Positions 36,955-46,890 of a stretch of DNA of 64,000 nucleotides are shown one piece after another. The translations under genes and the position numbers were made by a program. Under the pieces are notes generated by a model that made no database searches, was not told the DNA's origin, and saw only the letters and a program-made list of their open reading frames with translations. The first letter of the stretch is position 1. Each line of letters begins with the position of its first letter. Source of the DNA: Methanobacteriota archaeon (GTDB taxonomy: Archaea > Undinarchaeota > Undinarchaeia > Undinarchaeales > Undinarchaeaceae); contig NZBN01000006.1 in the NCBI GenBank assembly GCA_002687935.1, positions 15,790 through 79,789 of the forward strand. Reading direction: 5' to 3'.

Positions 36955-37995
36955 ATGGTAGCAGCTTCAGACTTAATATTGGCGGCTGGAAATGAATACA
37001 TACAATCCGCATTTTATGCGATGCTTACTGTCTTTGCCGCAATAGCTATGCGATATCTTACCGGAACACTCCTTGGAACCTTCCTTGGAAAGTTTGGCAG
37101 AGGCCGCGTCCTCGTAGCCAAAGTTGGTTCAATTCTTTCATTCATTATTCTCCTCTTCGGTCTCAGCGCGTCACTCTCACCACTCACAGTACTTGCACCT
37201 TATCTGTTACTTATCAATAAAATAATCCACACAATAATTGTTATAATTGCTATCAGAGTTGCAATGCTACTCTCCGACAAGGCAATAGACCGCTGGATAA
37301 AGAAGTGGGCTGAAAAATCAGAGGACACGACAGATGACCAAATAATCGCACTCCTTCACAAACTGACAAAAGCTATTGGAATAATAATTGCAGGTGTAAT
37401 AATTCTTGATGTATGGGGGGCAGATATAGGTCCTCTACTAGCATCTCTGGGAATCGCCGGTCTTGCAATCGCCTTCGCTATGCAGAGCACCCTCGGAAAT
37501 CTCTTCGGTGGCGTTTCAATTATAGTCGACCGCTCTGTCAGACCAGGAGACGTAGTCGAAATTGACACAACAATGGGAACTGTCGAGGACGTCGGACTTA
37601 GAAGCACAAGAATAAGGACTTTCACAAATGAGCTTATCGTCATACCAAACGGACAGGTAGCCGATGCAAAAATCATAAATCACATTCTCCCAAGCAAGAG
37701 AGTTCGACTTGACATCCCCCTCGGCGTTGCATATGGCAGTGATGTAGAAAAAGTCAAGAAAACAGTTCTCAAATCACTTGAAGGAATTGATAATGTCCTA
37801 AAAGAGCCAAAACCAATGGTAAGGTTCACCAATATGGGAGACAGCGCCTTGGAATTCAAAGTTTACATTTGGATAAACCGTTTCCAGAACAAATTCCTTG
37901 TAAAAGACATTGCAAATACTACAATTTACAAAGCTCTAAACAAAGCAAAGATAGCAATACCATTCCCACAGATGGACGTGCATCTTAAAAAATGA
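36955..37995 (+). CDS. mscS: Small-conductance mechanosensitive channel
   Basis: GIAGLAIAFAMQSTLGNLFGG, GTVEDVGLRSTRIRT, IPNGQV and GVAYGSD. Confidence 0.96.
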   Translation: MVAASDLILAAGNEYIQSAFYAMLTVFAAIAMRYLTGTLLGTFLGKFGRGRVLVAKVGSILSFIILLFGLSASLSPLTVLAPYLLLINKIIHTIIVIIAIRVAMLLSDKAIDRWIKKWAEKSEDTTDDQIIALLHKLTKAIGIIIAGVIILDVWGADIGPLLASLGIAGLAIAFAMQSTLGNLFGGVSIIVDRSVRPGDVVEIDTTMGTVEDVGLRSTRIRTFTNELIVIPNGQVADAKIINHILPSKRVRLDIPLGVAYGSDVEKVKKTVLKSLEGIDNVLKEPKPMVRFTNMGDSALEFKVYIWINRFQNKFLVKDIANTTIYKALNKAKIAIPFPQMDVHLKK

Positions 37996-38789
37996 GCCCA
38001 AATAACAAGGCAGAGGATTTTATGACAAAGAATCCGGAGACTATAAGTCCGGATGCAGTCTTAGAAGAGATTCTTCCTAAAATGAAAGAAAGAAGACGTG
38101 ACGGTCTTCTCGTCGTCAAGGGAAAAAACCTAGTCGGCATACTATTTTACGTTGACACACTTCTTCAGAGTCCAAAAACAAAGGTCAGTGAAGTAATGGA
38201 GAAGAAAGTCGTTGCGGTCCCTCCTGAAATGGATATGCAGGGTGTTGCAAGACTGATGTTCAGAAGGGGTTTTTCACGACTCCCTGTCGTTGATGAAAAA
38301 GGAAAACTTCTCGGACTTTTAAGAAACTATGATGTCATAAGAGCAAGTATAGAGCGCGTAACTCCTAGAAAAATAGAAACAACAAAAAAAATGATTTCCA
38401 GCGTCCACAAAATTGAAATATCTATAAAGAAGGATGAGATAAAAATTGAAACTCTCTTACCAACCCAGTCCAAAGTATACCTTGACGAACTCAGAGCCCG
38501 AGAATACGAACTACAAAAGGGACTTGCAGAACCAATTCTCATTATCAGAAATGGCTCCAGGGAAATTTTAGTCGACGGTCATCATCGTGTTGTCGCTGCT
38601 ACAAATCTCGGAATCAAAACCATGAAAGCCCATGTTATAATCCCTGACAAAGAAATATCACTCGGTCTTGAAAAAAGCGCTGCAAAACAGGGCCTCAAAA
38701 GTGCAAAAGATATTGAAATTGTCGATGGATATTCTCCTTATGCCTTGCCTCTAGTTCTCGAAGACGGCGAGGTGAAAAAACTTGTCTAA
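37992..38789 (+). CDS. CBS-pair + ParB/Srx-like domain protein
   Basis: Two CBS domains, then LLPTQSKVY...EPILII...LVDGHHRVVAA. Confidence 0.88.
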   Translation: MSPNNKAEDFMTKNPETISPDAVLEEILPKMKERRRDGLLVVKGKNLVGILFYVDTLLQSPKTKVSEVMEKKVVAVPPEMDMQGVARLMFRRGFSRLPVVDEKGKLLGLLRNYDVIRASIERVTPRKIETTKKMISSVHKIEISIKKDEIKIETLLPTQSKVYLDELRAREYELQKGLAEPILIIRNGSREILVDGHHRVVAATNLGIKTMKAHVIIPDKEISLGLEKSAAKQGLKSAKDIEIVDGYSPYALPLVLEDGEVKKLV

Positions 38790-39531
38790 ATTTTCCATCC
38801 TCTACCGAGAGGATACTGCATCACTAAACATTTTCGAGCATTGCTCAGAAATAGGTCTCAAAGACCTCTGTTTAAAAGTTGAAAAAGAGGTAATGTTCAT
38901 AGATGAGCCTAAGTCCTCAGCTGAAGTTTTCATAGTGGCTTCCAGTCACTTCAGTTCCGCAGGAAACCCAGCTCTTGTAACACATCCAACAGGAAACTGG
39001 GGTAAAGCAGAACTTGGCGGAGAAGAACGAAATCTCTCCTACACTTATCCAGCCGGTCAGAAAAAAGGTCTACAACAGTTTGCTCAAAATCCTTTGGAAG
39101 GCTTCGAAGTATCTATGGAAGTTACTCATCACGGTCCGACAAAGTGGAAAAAACCATTATTTTTCATAGAAATAGGAAGCTCAGAACGAGAATGGAAAAT
39201 AAAAAAGGCCGGTGAGCTAGTAGCATCTGCAATTTCAGAAATAATAGACGACTCTGATGAATACGACAATGCAGTAGCTTTCGGTGGAACACACTACTGT
39301 CCCAGCTTCAACAGAATACAAATAGAAAACCCCAATATTGCAATAGGACATATTGCCCCCAGATATGCTTCTGAATTTCTCACGGAAGAAATAATTTTAG
39401 AAGCAGTTACAAAAAGCAGTGCAGAAATTGCAATAATTGACTGGAAGGGTCTCAAAAGTGAGGCACGAAAAAAAGTACTTTCAACACTCGAAGCCTCTGG
39501 AATAGAATGGAAAAAGACTTCAGAACTGTAG
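38782..39531 (+). CDS. dtdA: Archaeal D-aminoacyl-tRNA deacylase (DTD2)
   Basis: SSHFS, LVTHPTGNW, EVTHHGPT, FIEIGSSEREW, FGGTHY and IDWKG. Confidence 0.93.
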   Translation: MSKFSILYREDTASLNIFEHCSEIGLKDLCLKVEKEVMFIDEPKSSAEVFIVASSHFSSAGNPALVTHPTGNWGKAELGGEERNLSYTYPAGQKKGLQQFAQNPLEGFEVSMEVTHHGPTKWKKPLFFIEIGSSEREWKIKKAGELVASAISEIIDDSDEYDNAVAFGGTHYCPSFNRIQIENPNIAIGHIAPRYASEFLTEEIILEAVTKSSAEIAIIDWKGLKSEARKKVLSTLEASGIEWKKTSEL

Positions 39532-39564
39532 GTTTTTATACAGGGAGAACCACCCAATATCTGC

Positions 39565-39637
39565 AGCCCCGTGGTGTAGTGGTCAATCATACCGGGTTTT
39601 GGTCCCGGCGACCTCGGTTCGAATCCGAGCGGGGCTA
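39565..39637 (+). tRNA. tRNA-Gln(TTG)
   Basis: Acceptor AGCCCCG/CGGGGCT (A1-U72, typical of archaeal Gln), anticodon stem CCGGG/CCCGG with loop TT-TTG-GT, T arm CTCGG-TTCGAAT-CCGAG; no intron, CCA not encoded. Confidence 0.95.
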
Positions 39638-39642
39638 TTCAA

Positions 39643-39885
39643 ATGAAACTGTACATATACGAAACATGCCCCTACTGTATGAAAGTTAGAACTGCAATGA
39701 AGGAGCTTGGCTATGAGGAAGGAAAGGATATACTTCTTCTTGATGCCAGTCAGGAAGAAAATGCAAACAAACTCGTCGAACTCGGCGGAAAGCTCCAAGT
39801 TCCCTTCCTCGTAGATGGGGAAAGAATGATGTATGAAAGTTCTGCCATAGTGGAGTATCTTCGTGAAAAGAAAAATCAAAATTGA
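39643..39885 (+). CDS. Glutaredoxin-like protein
   Basis: CPYC active site, QVPFL and MYESSAIVEYL. Confidence 0.9.
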   Translation: MKLYIYETCPYCMKVRTAMKELGYEEGKDILLLDASQEENANKLVELGGKLQVPFLVDGERMMYESSAIVEYLREKKNQN

Positions 39886-40957
39886 TGTAGAGGTTATATG
39901 GGACGCTGTAGAAATGCCCAAGCCTCTCCGAACGCACTGCAAAACTGTCAAAAAAAGCTGTGACAAAGTCATAGAGACCTTAGAAGCCCGCGGAATTTAT
40001 CCTGACAAAGAAATTGTAAATTATGGTGCTCTTCTCCACGATGTCGGAAGAGTCATAGACGGTGGCGTAAGACAAGGACTTGAGGGTTACAATATACTTC
40101 TTGAACTCGGCGTCCCCGAAGAAATAGCACTCTGTGCAAGAAACCACGTCGGTTCTGGAATCCCAAAAGAGGAAGCAGTTGAAAAAGGACTGCCTGAGGA
40201 AGATTTCATACCTGAAACACTTGAGCAAAAAATAGTCGCCTATGGCGACAATCTTGTGGCCTTTGACAAAATAACAAACTATTCTGAATTCAGAGCCGGT
40301 TTTGTAGAAAAATTTGGAGAAGTTTCAACACAGGTTGCAATGAGCGACCTTCTCCACTCTGAATTGACTGATTTCATAAGTCGTGATGAAATGCTAAATA
40401 TAGAAAAAGCCGCCGAAATTCCAGTCCGCCAGCTTATGGACAATGTTGGAAAAGAAATCGCCAAAATTATAGATGGAAAATTCAGTGTCGAAGGGAAAAA
40501 CATAGAAATTTACTGCGGTCCGGGAAATAATGGAGGGGACGGTTATTCAGCAGCACTCTATCTTAAAGAAAAAGGTGCAAATATTGAAATTTTATCCTTT
40601 GGAAATCCAAAAAGCCCAGAGTCAAAGGACTTCAAAAGTTTATCGCTTGAAAAAAACATAAATCTCGCACTAGTTCTCAATTCAAAAGACCTTGCAACAC
40701 CAGAAGCAGACATAATTATTGACTGCCTTCTCGGAACTGGATTAGAGGGTCCTGTAAAAGAGCCAATAAAGAGCGCAATATCTAAAATAAACAATTCAAG
40801 TGCAGTCATCGTCTCTGTCGATGTACCTTCCGGAATAGGAAGCAAAGTCCACGTAAATCCTGATTTGACTCTTGCTCTTCACAAAATAAAAAGAAAAATG
40901 GTCGGCTTCGGAAAAGTCGGCGATACATTAATCCTCAACATGGGAATTGAAAACTAA
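39863..40957 (+). CDS. HD-domain hydrolase fused to YjeF_N (NAD(P)HX epimerase-like)
   Basis: N-half: H..TV, LLHDVGR, NHVGSGI, EQKIVAYGDN. C-half: LMDNVG, CGPGNNGGDG, DCLLGTG, SVDVPSG. One uninterrupted frame; start uncertain. Confidence 0.85.
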   Translation: MKRKIKIDVEVIWDAVEMPKPLRTHCKTVKKSCDKVIETLEARGIYPDKEIVNYGALLHDVGRVIDGGVRQGLEGYNILLELGVPEEIALCARNHVGSGIPKEEAVEKGLPEEDFIPETLEQKIVAYGDNLVAFDKITNYSEFRAGFVEKFGEVSTQVAMSDLLHSELTDFISRDEMLNIEKAAEIPVRQLMDNVGKEIAKIIDGKFSVEGKNIEIYCGPGNNGGDGYSAALYLKEKGANIEILSFGNPKSPESKDFKSLSLEKNINLALVLNSKDLATPEADIIIDCLLGTGLEGPVKEPIKSAISKINNSSAVIVSVDVPSGIGSKVHVNPDLTLALHKIKRKMVGFGKVGDTLILNMGIEN

Positions 40958-41631
40958 TTTTTCTCAGAAAGAACATACAAATCTTCAAAAAGATTTTCCT
41001 GAGACAGCTTTATTCTACTTTCATTTGCCAGATGTAAAAGAGGCATTAGAGTATTTATCATATCTTCCCTGTTCTTGGAAGGTAATAGCTCATCAAAGTG
41101 TATTTTTCCTCCCTCACTTTCCATTATTTTCTTATAGAGTGCCTCTATCTGCTCAGTTATATCAATTTCATCAAAAACCAGAACAAAGGGCTCTATCTTC
41201 ACTTTCTTCTCTTTAGGTCTCATAGAAACCTCCAATTTCCCTATAAGGTCTTCAAGCGTTACCTTTCTGAGATGCTTTCTCTTAGTGATTAAAGTAAGAA
41301 GAGGAACTTCCTCACTCGGTCCGCTCTCTTCTTCTTCATCTCCAAACAAAAAGTCTTCATCACCACTAAGAAGCTCCTCATACGCTTCCCTTTCTTCAGC
41401 ATCAACTAACCTGTCTGATTTCATCCTAAGAAGAATAGCCGCCGCCAAAAGAAGTCTTGCCGGAACCTTGAGGTCAAACTCTTTCATCTCGTTTATTCTT
41501 TCTGTATATTTTTCAGTAAGCCGAGATATGTCAATATCCCAGGGGTCCAGATTTTCCGAGCGCACAATATCCAGAAGAACATATTCCCAGGCACGTTCAC
41601 TCTGCAATATCTGATCCAGATTAAGTTCCAT
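40954..41631 (-). CDS. scpA: Kleisin ScpA
   Basis: LDPWDIDISRLTEKY, LLLAAAILLRMKS and LMPLLHLANESRIKLSQENLFED; coupled to smc. Confidence 0.93.
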   Translation of the reverse strand: MELNLDQILQSERAWEYVLLDIVRSENLDPWDIDISRLTEKYTERINEMKEFDLKVPARLLLAAAILLRMKSDRLVDAEEREAYEELLSGDEDFLFGDEEEESGPSEEVPLLTLITKRKHLRKVTLEDLIGKLEVSMRPKEKKVKIEPFVLVFDEIDITEQIEALYKKIMESEGGKIHFDELLPSKNREDMINTLMPLLHLANESRIKLSQENLFEDLYVLSEKN

Positions 41632-44120
41632 TAATTAATTTGTCCTCCTTTCTCATCCAATTCACTCATATCCATTCCAACCAACTGGGAGGTTCCTCCG
41701 TCAGTCATTGAAACACCAAATAATCTGTCTGCTTTCTTTATGACTGCATTATTATGACTAACCAGAAGCACCTGAGAGTCCTTCATAATATCTGTCAGAA
41801 GATTTATGAATCTCATGGAGTTATTTTGGTCAAGAGCGGCATCAACTTCATCCAGAACATAGAAATGTGCAGGTTTGTATCTCTGTAGGGCGAAGATGAA
41901 AGCCAAGGCAGTTACAACCTTTTCTCCGCCGCTAAGAAGTTCTAAACCTGTGATTTTTTTCCCTGCAGGACTTGCCTTTATATTCAGTCCTCCGGAAAGC
42001 GGGTCCTCCCCATTTTCAAGATAAAGTACTCCTTCTCCATTTACAGAGAGTCTCGGGAAAATTGCACTGAATTCCTCAGAGACTTTGTCGAAAACTTCCA
42101 TAAAGACTCCTTTCTTCTTTAACTCAATTTCTTCTATAAATTCAAGAACCACATTCCGTTCTTCCTGGAGTTTTGTAAATCGCTCATTGAAAGATTCAAA
42201 ATCCGCAAAAGACACTTTATAGAGCTCTATGGCTTTCATATTAACAGGCTCTATTTTTTCCATCTGCCTTTTTATTGCAGAAAGACTCCTTTCCATCTTA
42301 TCAGCATCTATCTCCTGCATTTCCCTCCCCTCAAATTTCTGCATACTTATCTGCAAATCAGTAAGCCCTGCATCAACTCTGGCCTTTTCTATCCTCAAAT
42401 CCCCAATGGACCTACGAATATTATCTCTCCGGGAAGAAAACTCATCCCGTTTAAGCTTAAGGCCGTTTATATTTTCCTGGAGTTTCTCCCTCTCTTTCTG
42501 GAAACCTTCAAAATCCTGTCCAAGTTGTTCAGACTGAACTTTCTTATGTTTCAGTTCTTTCTCATTTTCTGAAGTTTGAAGCTGTATTTCACCAATCTCG
42601 TCCAATAATTTATCCCTACTTTTTACATATTCATCTATTTCTGAGCTTGCTGTTTTTCGCCTTCTCTTAAATCCACCAGTTATTGCTCCGCTTTTCTCTG
42701 CAACATCTCCGTCGAGCGAAACCATTCTAAGCTTTCCAACAAGACCACGCACTTCCTTTAATCCACTAACAATGTAGGTATTTCCAAGAACATAACTGAA
42801 AACATTGCTGTAGCGTTCGTCAAAACTTACGAGCTTTCTTGCAGGACCAACTATCCCATTCCCACTTCTTGGTTCTGGCCTGGGTCCCTTCACCTTATTA
42901 ATCGGAAGGAAGGTGGCTCTTCCCATTTTTTCATCTTTCAGGAACTTGACACAGCTTATTGCAATGTCTTCATTTTCAACGACAATAAAATTATTCCTAC
43001 TTCCAAGTGCTGACTCAATAGCGACCGCATATTTCTGGTCTACTGTAAAAAGCGAACCCACAGTTCCGTGAACTCCGTCTATCTCATCCTTCAGTGTATC
43101 ACAGAGAGCACTCGTCCTTTCACCACTCATTGACTGGAGTTTTGCTATAAGCCCGTCAAGATGGGATATTTCTGACTGCTTTGACTCAATCTTATTCTGA
43201 TTTATTGATATTTGTCCATTAAGATGCTCAATTTCAGTTCGTATATTTACTCTATCTTCTCCGCCCTCTGTTATGAGTTTTGAATCTATATCAGAAAGAT
43301 GAGCCTCCTTACTTTCAAGCTCAGTACTGGCCTTAGAAAATTCAGTCTCTGCTTCAGATAATTTCCCCTCCTCTCCTCCTAACTTTTCCTTAAATCTAGC
43401 CTCTTCCTTCTCAATATTCTTGAGTTTCGTATAAAGAAGATTAGCTTCTGTTTCAACAAGCTCTTCCTTTAGCTCAAGATAAGTTTCAGCATCTTCCTTC
43501 TCAGTTTTCAGACTACTCAAATGCTTCTTACGTTCTCCCATCACAATTATGAGCTCCTTAACTCGTGATTCCACAACATCAAGATCTTTCAGAGCCTTCA
43601 ATTTCTTATCATCGTACTCGGATATCCCTGAAATGTCATCCAAAATCTGGCGCCTCTCCACAGGATCCATATCAATAAAATTCGTAACATCTCCTTGCAA
43701 GATTATATTGTGCCCGTCCGGGTCAAAATCGGAGAAGGACAGCAAATCAACAATCTCAGTCCTCGTAACTTTCTTCCCGTTTATTCTGTAACTCATCGTC
43801 CCTTTCTGAGTCAGTCTTCTGCTGATACAAACTTCATCTTCATCATACGGGAGTTTCTTCGCTGTATTGTCAAGAATCAGAGAAACTTCAGTTTTTGCAG
43901 CTGGCTTCTTCCCCTTCCCTCCATTGAAAATCAACTGGGTAAGTTTTCCAGCTCTCATAGATTTTGCAGAGGTTTTTCCAAGAACAAAACAAATTGCATC
44001 ACTAATGTTTGATTTTCCGGATCCATTCGGACCGACTACTGCTGTAAAACCTTTAGAAAGTGGAATAGACAATCTCTTGTCAAAAGATTTGAAACCCTCA
44101 AGCTCAAGTCGTTTTATCAT
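41631..44120 (-). CDS. smc: SMC protein with short arms (829 aa)
   Basis: Walker A GPNGSGKSN, Q-loop ILQGDV, hinge (GVHGTVGSLF, AIESALG, GRATFLP), signature LSGGEK and Walker B/D-loop VLDEVDAALD. Confidence 0.96.
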   Translation of the reverse strand: MIKRLELEGFKSFDKRLSIPLSKGFTAVVGPNGSGKSNISDAICFVLGKTSAKSMRAGKLTQLIFNGGKGKKPAAKTEVSLILDNTAKKLPYDEDEVCISRRLTQKGTMSYRINGKKVTRTEIVDLLSFSDFDPDGHNIILQGDVTNFIDMDPVERRQILDDISGISEYDDKKLKALKDLDVVESRVKELIIVMGERKKHLSSLKTEKEDAETYLELKEELVETEANLLYTKLKNIEKEEARFKEKLGGEEGKLSEAETEFSKASTELESKEAHLSDIDSKLITEGGEDRVNIRTEIEHLNGQISINQNKIESKQSEISHLDGLIAKLQSMSGERTSALCDTLKDEIDGVHGTVGSLFTVDQKYAVAIESALGSRNNFIVVENEDIAISCVKFLKDEKMGRATFLPINKVKGPRPEPRSGNGIVGPARKLVSFDERYSNVFSYVLGNTYIVSGLKEVRGLVGKLRMVSLDGDVAEKSGAITGGFKRRRKTASSEIDEYVKSRDKLLDEIGEIQLQTSENEKELKHKKVQSEQLGQDFEGFQKEREKLQENINGLKLKRDEFSSRRDNIRRSIGDLRIEKARVDAGLTDLQISMQKFEGREMQEIDADKMERSLSAIKRQMEKIEPVNMKAIELYKVSFADFESFNERFTKLQEERNVVLEFIEEIELKKKGVFMEVFDKVSEEFSAIFPRLSVNGEGVLYLENGEDPLSGGLNIKASPAGKKITGLELLSGGEKVVTALAFIFALQRYKPAHFYVLDEVDAALDQNNSMRFINLLTDIMKDSQVLLVSHNNAVIKKADRLFGVSMTDGGTSQLVGMDMSELDEKGGQIN

Positions 44121-44169
44121 TTTAACAAGGAATCAGTAGTTAGTGATGGCTTAAATCTCTTATTGGAAG

Positions 44170-45483
44170 CTAAGGTGTGAGCCTTTTCAGGTCTCTCGGA
44201 AAGAGAACAGTTTCTCGTACATTTTCCACTCCAGCTATAAGCATTGTAAGCCTGTCAACACCTATTGCCCAGCCAGCATGGGGCGGCATTCCATATTCGT
44301 AGAATTTTATTATATCTGCAAATTCCGCAGGATTAAGATCTTTCGCTTTAAGGTTTTCTATATATTGCGCCGCTTCGTGAACCCTTCTTCCACCTGAGGA
44401 TATTTCAACACCCTCCATAAACAAGTCAAATCCATAGGAGATTTTTGGATTGTCTTCACGGTGCGCTATATAGAATGGTTTCATATCCATAGGATAATCG
44501 TGAACAATAACTGGACCCTTAAAATGGTCTGTTATCATCTTTTCATGTTCCCTGCTAGTATCGTCTCCCCACTTAATTTTTACTCCCTGTTTATCAAGAA
44601 ACTCTACAGCCTCATCATATGTAATTCTCTTAAATGGAATTTTAGGAATTTTTATCTTCTGTCCTAACATCTCAAGCGCTTCCATCTGCTTCTCTGAAAC
44701 GTCAGAATAAATTCTATTAATTACCCCTTCTAAAATTTCCCAAGTGTCTTCCTCTGTTGCAAAACCTAGTTCAATATCCATTTGTGTAACTTCGGAAAGA
44801 TGATGTATGGTGTCTGATGGTTCAGCCCTAAAAACATGCCCAATTTCAAAAACTCTTTCAAAACAGGCAGTCATCAATTCCTTGTAAAGTTGAGGACTCT
44901 GTCTCAAAAAAGCCTCTTTATCATAATAAGATACTGGAAAGAGTGCCGCCCCTCCTTCTGAAGCCGAGGCAATTATTTTAGGAGATTCAATTTCCATAAG
45001 TCCCTGCTCAGTAAAATACTCTCTTGCAGATTCAAGAATCTGATTTCTTATTTTGAAAACAGCAACACTCTTCGGCTTCCTCAGGTCAAGAACTCTTGAA
45101 TTCAGCCTAGTGTCAAGATCTGAAGGAGTTTTTTCAGTTATCTCAAGAGGAAGTGGGGTCTTTGATTTGTTCAAAACAAAAATTTCCTCTGCCAGAACTT
45201 CAACTCCCCTGTTCGTTTTCGTGCTCTTCTTTATTTTTCCTTTAATTGCAATTACATCCTCTCTGTTCAGTTCCTGCGCAATTTCAAAAGCCTTCTTCGT
45301 CTTTGAAAGAAAAGTTACTTGACAGTCTCCACTTCTGTCGGAAAGAACAACAAAAACCAGATTTCCAAGAAGCCGTATTTCTCTTGCCCAGCCCATAAGC
45401 ACGGCGTCTTTTCCGTCCATAGCTGGAACTATTTCAGAAGCATAATGCGTCTTTCTGAGTTTCCCTATATTGTCCAAGTCCAT
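44170..45483 (-). CDS. aspS: Aspartyl-tRNA synthetase (archaeal type)
   Basis: OB anticodon domain, RLNSRVLDLR, LRQSPQLYKE, FRAEPS and GMPPHAGWAIGVDR. Confidence 0.96.
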   Translation of the reverse strand: MDLDNIGKLRKTHYASEIVPAMDGKDAVLMGWAREIRLLGNLVFVVLSDRSGDCQVTFLSKTKKAFEIAQELNREDVIAIKGKIKKSTKTNRGVEVLAEEIFVLNKSKTPLPLEITEKTPSDLDTRLNSRVLDLRKPKSVAVFKIRNQILESAREYFTEQGLMEIESPKIIASASEGGAALFPVSYYDKEAFLRQSPQLYKELMTACFERVFEIGHVFRAEPSDTIHHLSEVTQMDIELGFATEEDTWEILEGVINRIYSDVSEKQMEALEMLGQKIKIPKIPFKRITYDEAVEFLDKQGVKIKWGDDTSREHEKMITDHFKGPVIVHDYPMDMKPFYIAHREDNPKISYGFDLFMEGVEISSGGRRVHEAAQYIENLKAKDLNPAEFADIIKFYEYGMPPHAGWAIGVDRLTMLIAGVENVRETVLFPRDLKRLTP

Positions 45484-45749
45484 TAGATATTAAAGAAAAG
45501 AACCCAAGTGAAGAGCCAGAAGCTTACAAAGGGATAGAGCGCATTTGCAAGCCACCACTTCTTGGTATACTCCACTTCAGGGTAAAGAGTTGGTATAAGC
45601 CTTGAGCTGAGTTGCGAAGAAGTCGCCAGTAAAATAATTGCCATAAGGAATGTAGTCATCCCTCCTCCCATTAAATTAGAAGTAAAACCTGCAATAGTTC
45701 CAAGTCCTACATGCACCAATGCCGTTTTCTGCTCTACTCCAAATTTCAT
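45483..45749 (-). CDS. Small 3-TM protein, archaeal EMC6-like
   Basis: 88 aa; HVGLGTIAGF...YPFVSFWLFTWVLFFN pattern. Family assignment is from memory only. Confidence 0.6.
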   Translation of the reverse strand: MKFGVEQKTALVHVGLGTIAGFTSNLMGGGMTTFLMAIILLATSSQLSSRLIPTLYPEVEYTKKWWLANALYPFVSFWLFTWVLFFNI

Positions 45750-46405
45750 TTGTATTCTCCTAAACTTTTCTGTGTCTTAGCTTCCAAGTGTACTGAAACA
45801 GTTTTCCAACTGTGCCTAACCCACTCAGGAAAGCTATTATGTTCATTAATCCAGCGTGTTAAAAACTCTTTCGTTAGAGGGTCACTTGGATAACCACTTC
45901 CAAAATCACCTACTTCTTCCTTCAATTCAGAAATAGCCTCCTCTCTCGCTTCTTTTGCAAGTATTGAAGCGGCACTTACTATAGGATATGTCGAATCTGC
46001 CTTATGCTCAATAACAAGCTTCGCTTCAACACTAAGATGCTTTGCAAGTCTTCCTTGATATTTTAAAGGAGTAGTATCAACTGCATCAATAAAAACAGTG
46101 TCTGGCTTGAGATTATTTATTATCTTAGAACTTTTGATTGCCTCGAGTTCGTTGAGATTTATTCCAACTTCCTTCGAACTGTCAATTTCTGCCGCAGAAA
46201 CTCTTTCAAGCTGAGAATCCGCCAAAATTTGAGGCAATTTCTCGTGTAATTCCCCCCTCTGTTTGTGACTCAACAATTTAGAATCTCTAACTCCAATTTC
46301 TCTTAATTTTTCTTCGTCCTTCTCATCTATGAGAGCACCGGCAATAATTAAAGGTCCTATTACAGCACCTCTTCCTGCCTCATCTATCCCCATAATTCTT
46401 TTCAT
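45746..46405 (-). CDS. rnhB: Ribonuclease HII
   Basis: GIDEAGRG, VRDSK, KADSTYPIVSAASILAK, GSGYPSDP and C-terminal PIP-like QKSLGEY; start placed at ATG 46405. Confidence 0.97.
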   Translation of the reverse strand: MKRIMGIDEAGRGAVIGPLIIAGALIDEKDEEKLREIGVRDSKLLSHKQRGELHEKLPQILADSQLERVSAAEIDSSKEVGINLNELEAIKSSKIINNLKPDTVFIDAVDTTPLKYQGRLAKHLSVEAKLVIEHKADSTYPIVSAASILAKEAREEAISELKEEVGDFGSGYPSDPLTKEFLTRWINEHNSFPEWVRHSWKTVSVHLEAKTQKSLGEYK

Positions 46406-46577
46406 AGAAATACTTCGATGGAATAGTTTAAATATAATAGTAGCCAGGTTCAAAAGAAGCAAATGCTTTCAGAAACACCTAAATCAAAGCGATAATAGAA
46501 TTCAACTGGTTTTAAAGTGTTCGCTGGTTTTTCAGACCTTTCCACTCTACTCCGAGTTTTACTCAAAGGAGGTAAAA

Positions 46578-46745
46578 ATGACAAAATGCATCGAATGTGA
46601 AGCAGAAATAAGTCTGCCAGAAGGCCTTGGAAAAGGAAGTGATGTCATCGACTGCCCAGAGTGTGGAGTCGAGCTTGAAGTAGTCAATGCCGAAAGCGGA
46701 GAACTAAGGGTTGCTGAAGTTGAAGGCGAAGACTGGGGACAATAA
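46578..46745 (+). CDS. lysW: LysW-type amino-group carrier protein, ending EDWGQ
   Basis: MTKCIEC...DCPECGVELEVV...EGEDWGQ*, 55 aa; SD GGAGGT at 46568-46573. Confidence 0.9.
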   Translation: MTKCIECEAEISLPEGLGKGSDVIDCPECGVELEVVNAESGELRVAEVEGEDWGQ

Positions 46746-46841
46746 ATGCTACGTGTAGGTTTCCTCTACTCCAAGATAAGACCTGATGAAAAACTGCTCC
46801 TGAAGAATACATCGAGTGGAAATTTACAGAAATTTTATTGA
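46746..46841 (+). pseudogene. lysX: N-terminal remnant of LysX/ArgX ATP-grasp ligase
   Basis: ATG directly after the lysW stop; MLRVGFLYSKIRPDEKLLL resembles the LysX N-terminus (LY-x-x-IRPDE), then stops at 31 aa instead of ~280. Confidence 0.75.
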
Positions 46842-46890
46842 TATTCTAACCAAAACCGTTAAATAGACAGTCCATCAGAGACTTTTATCT

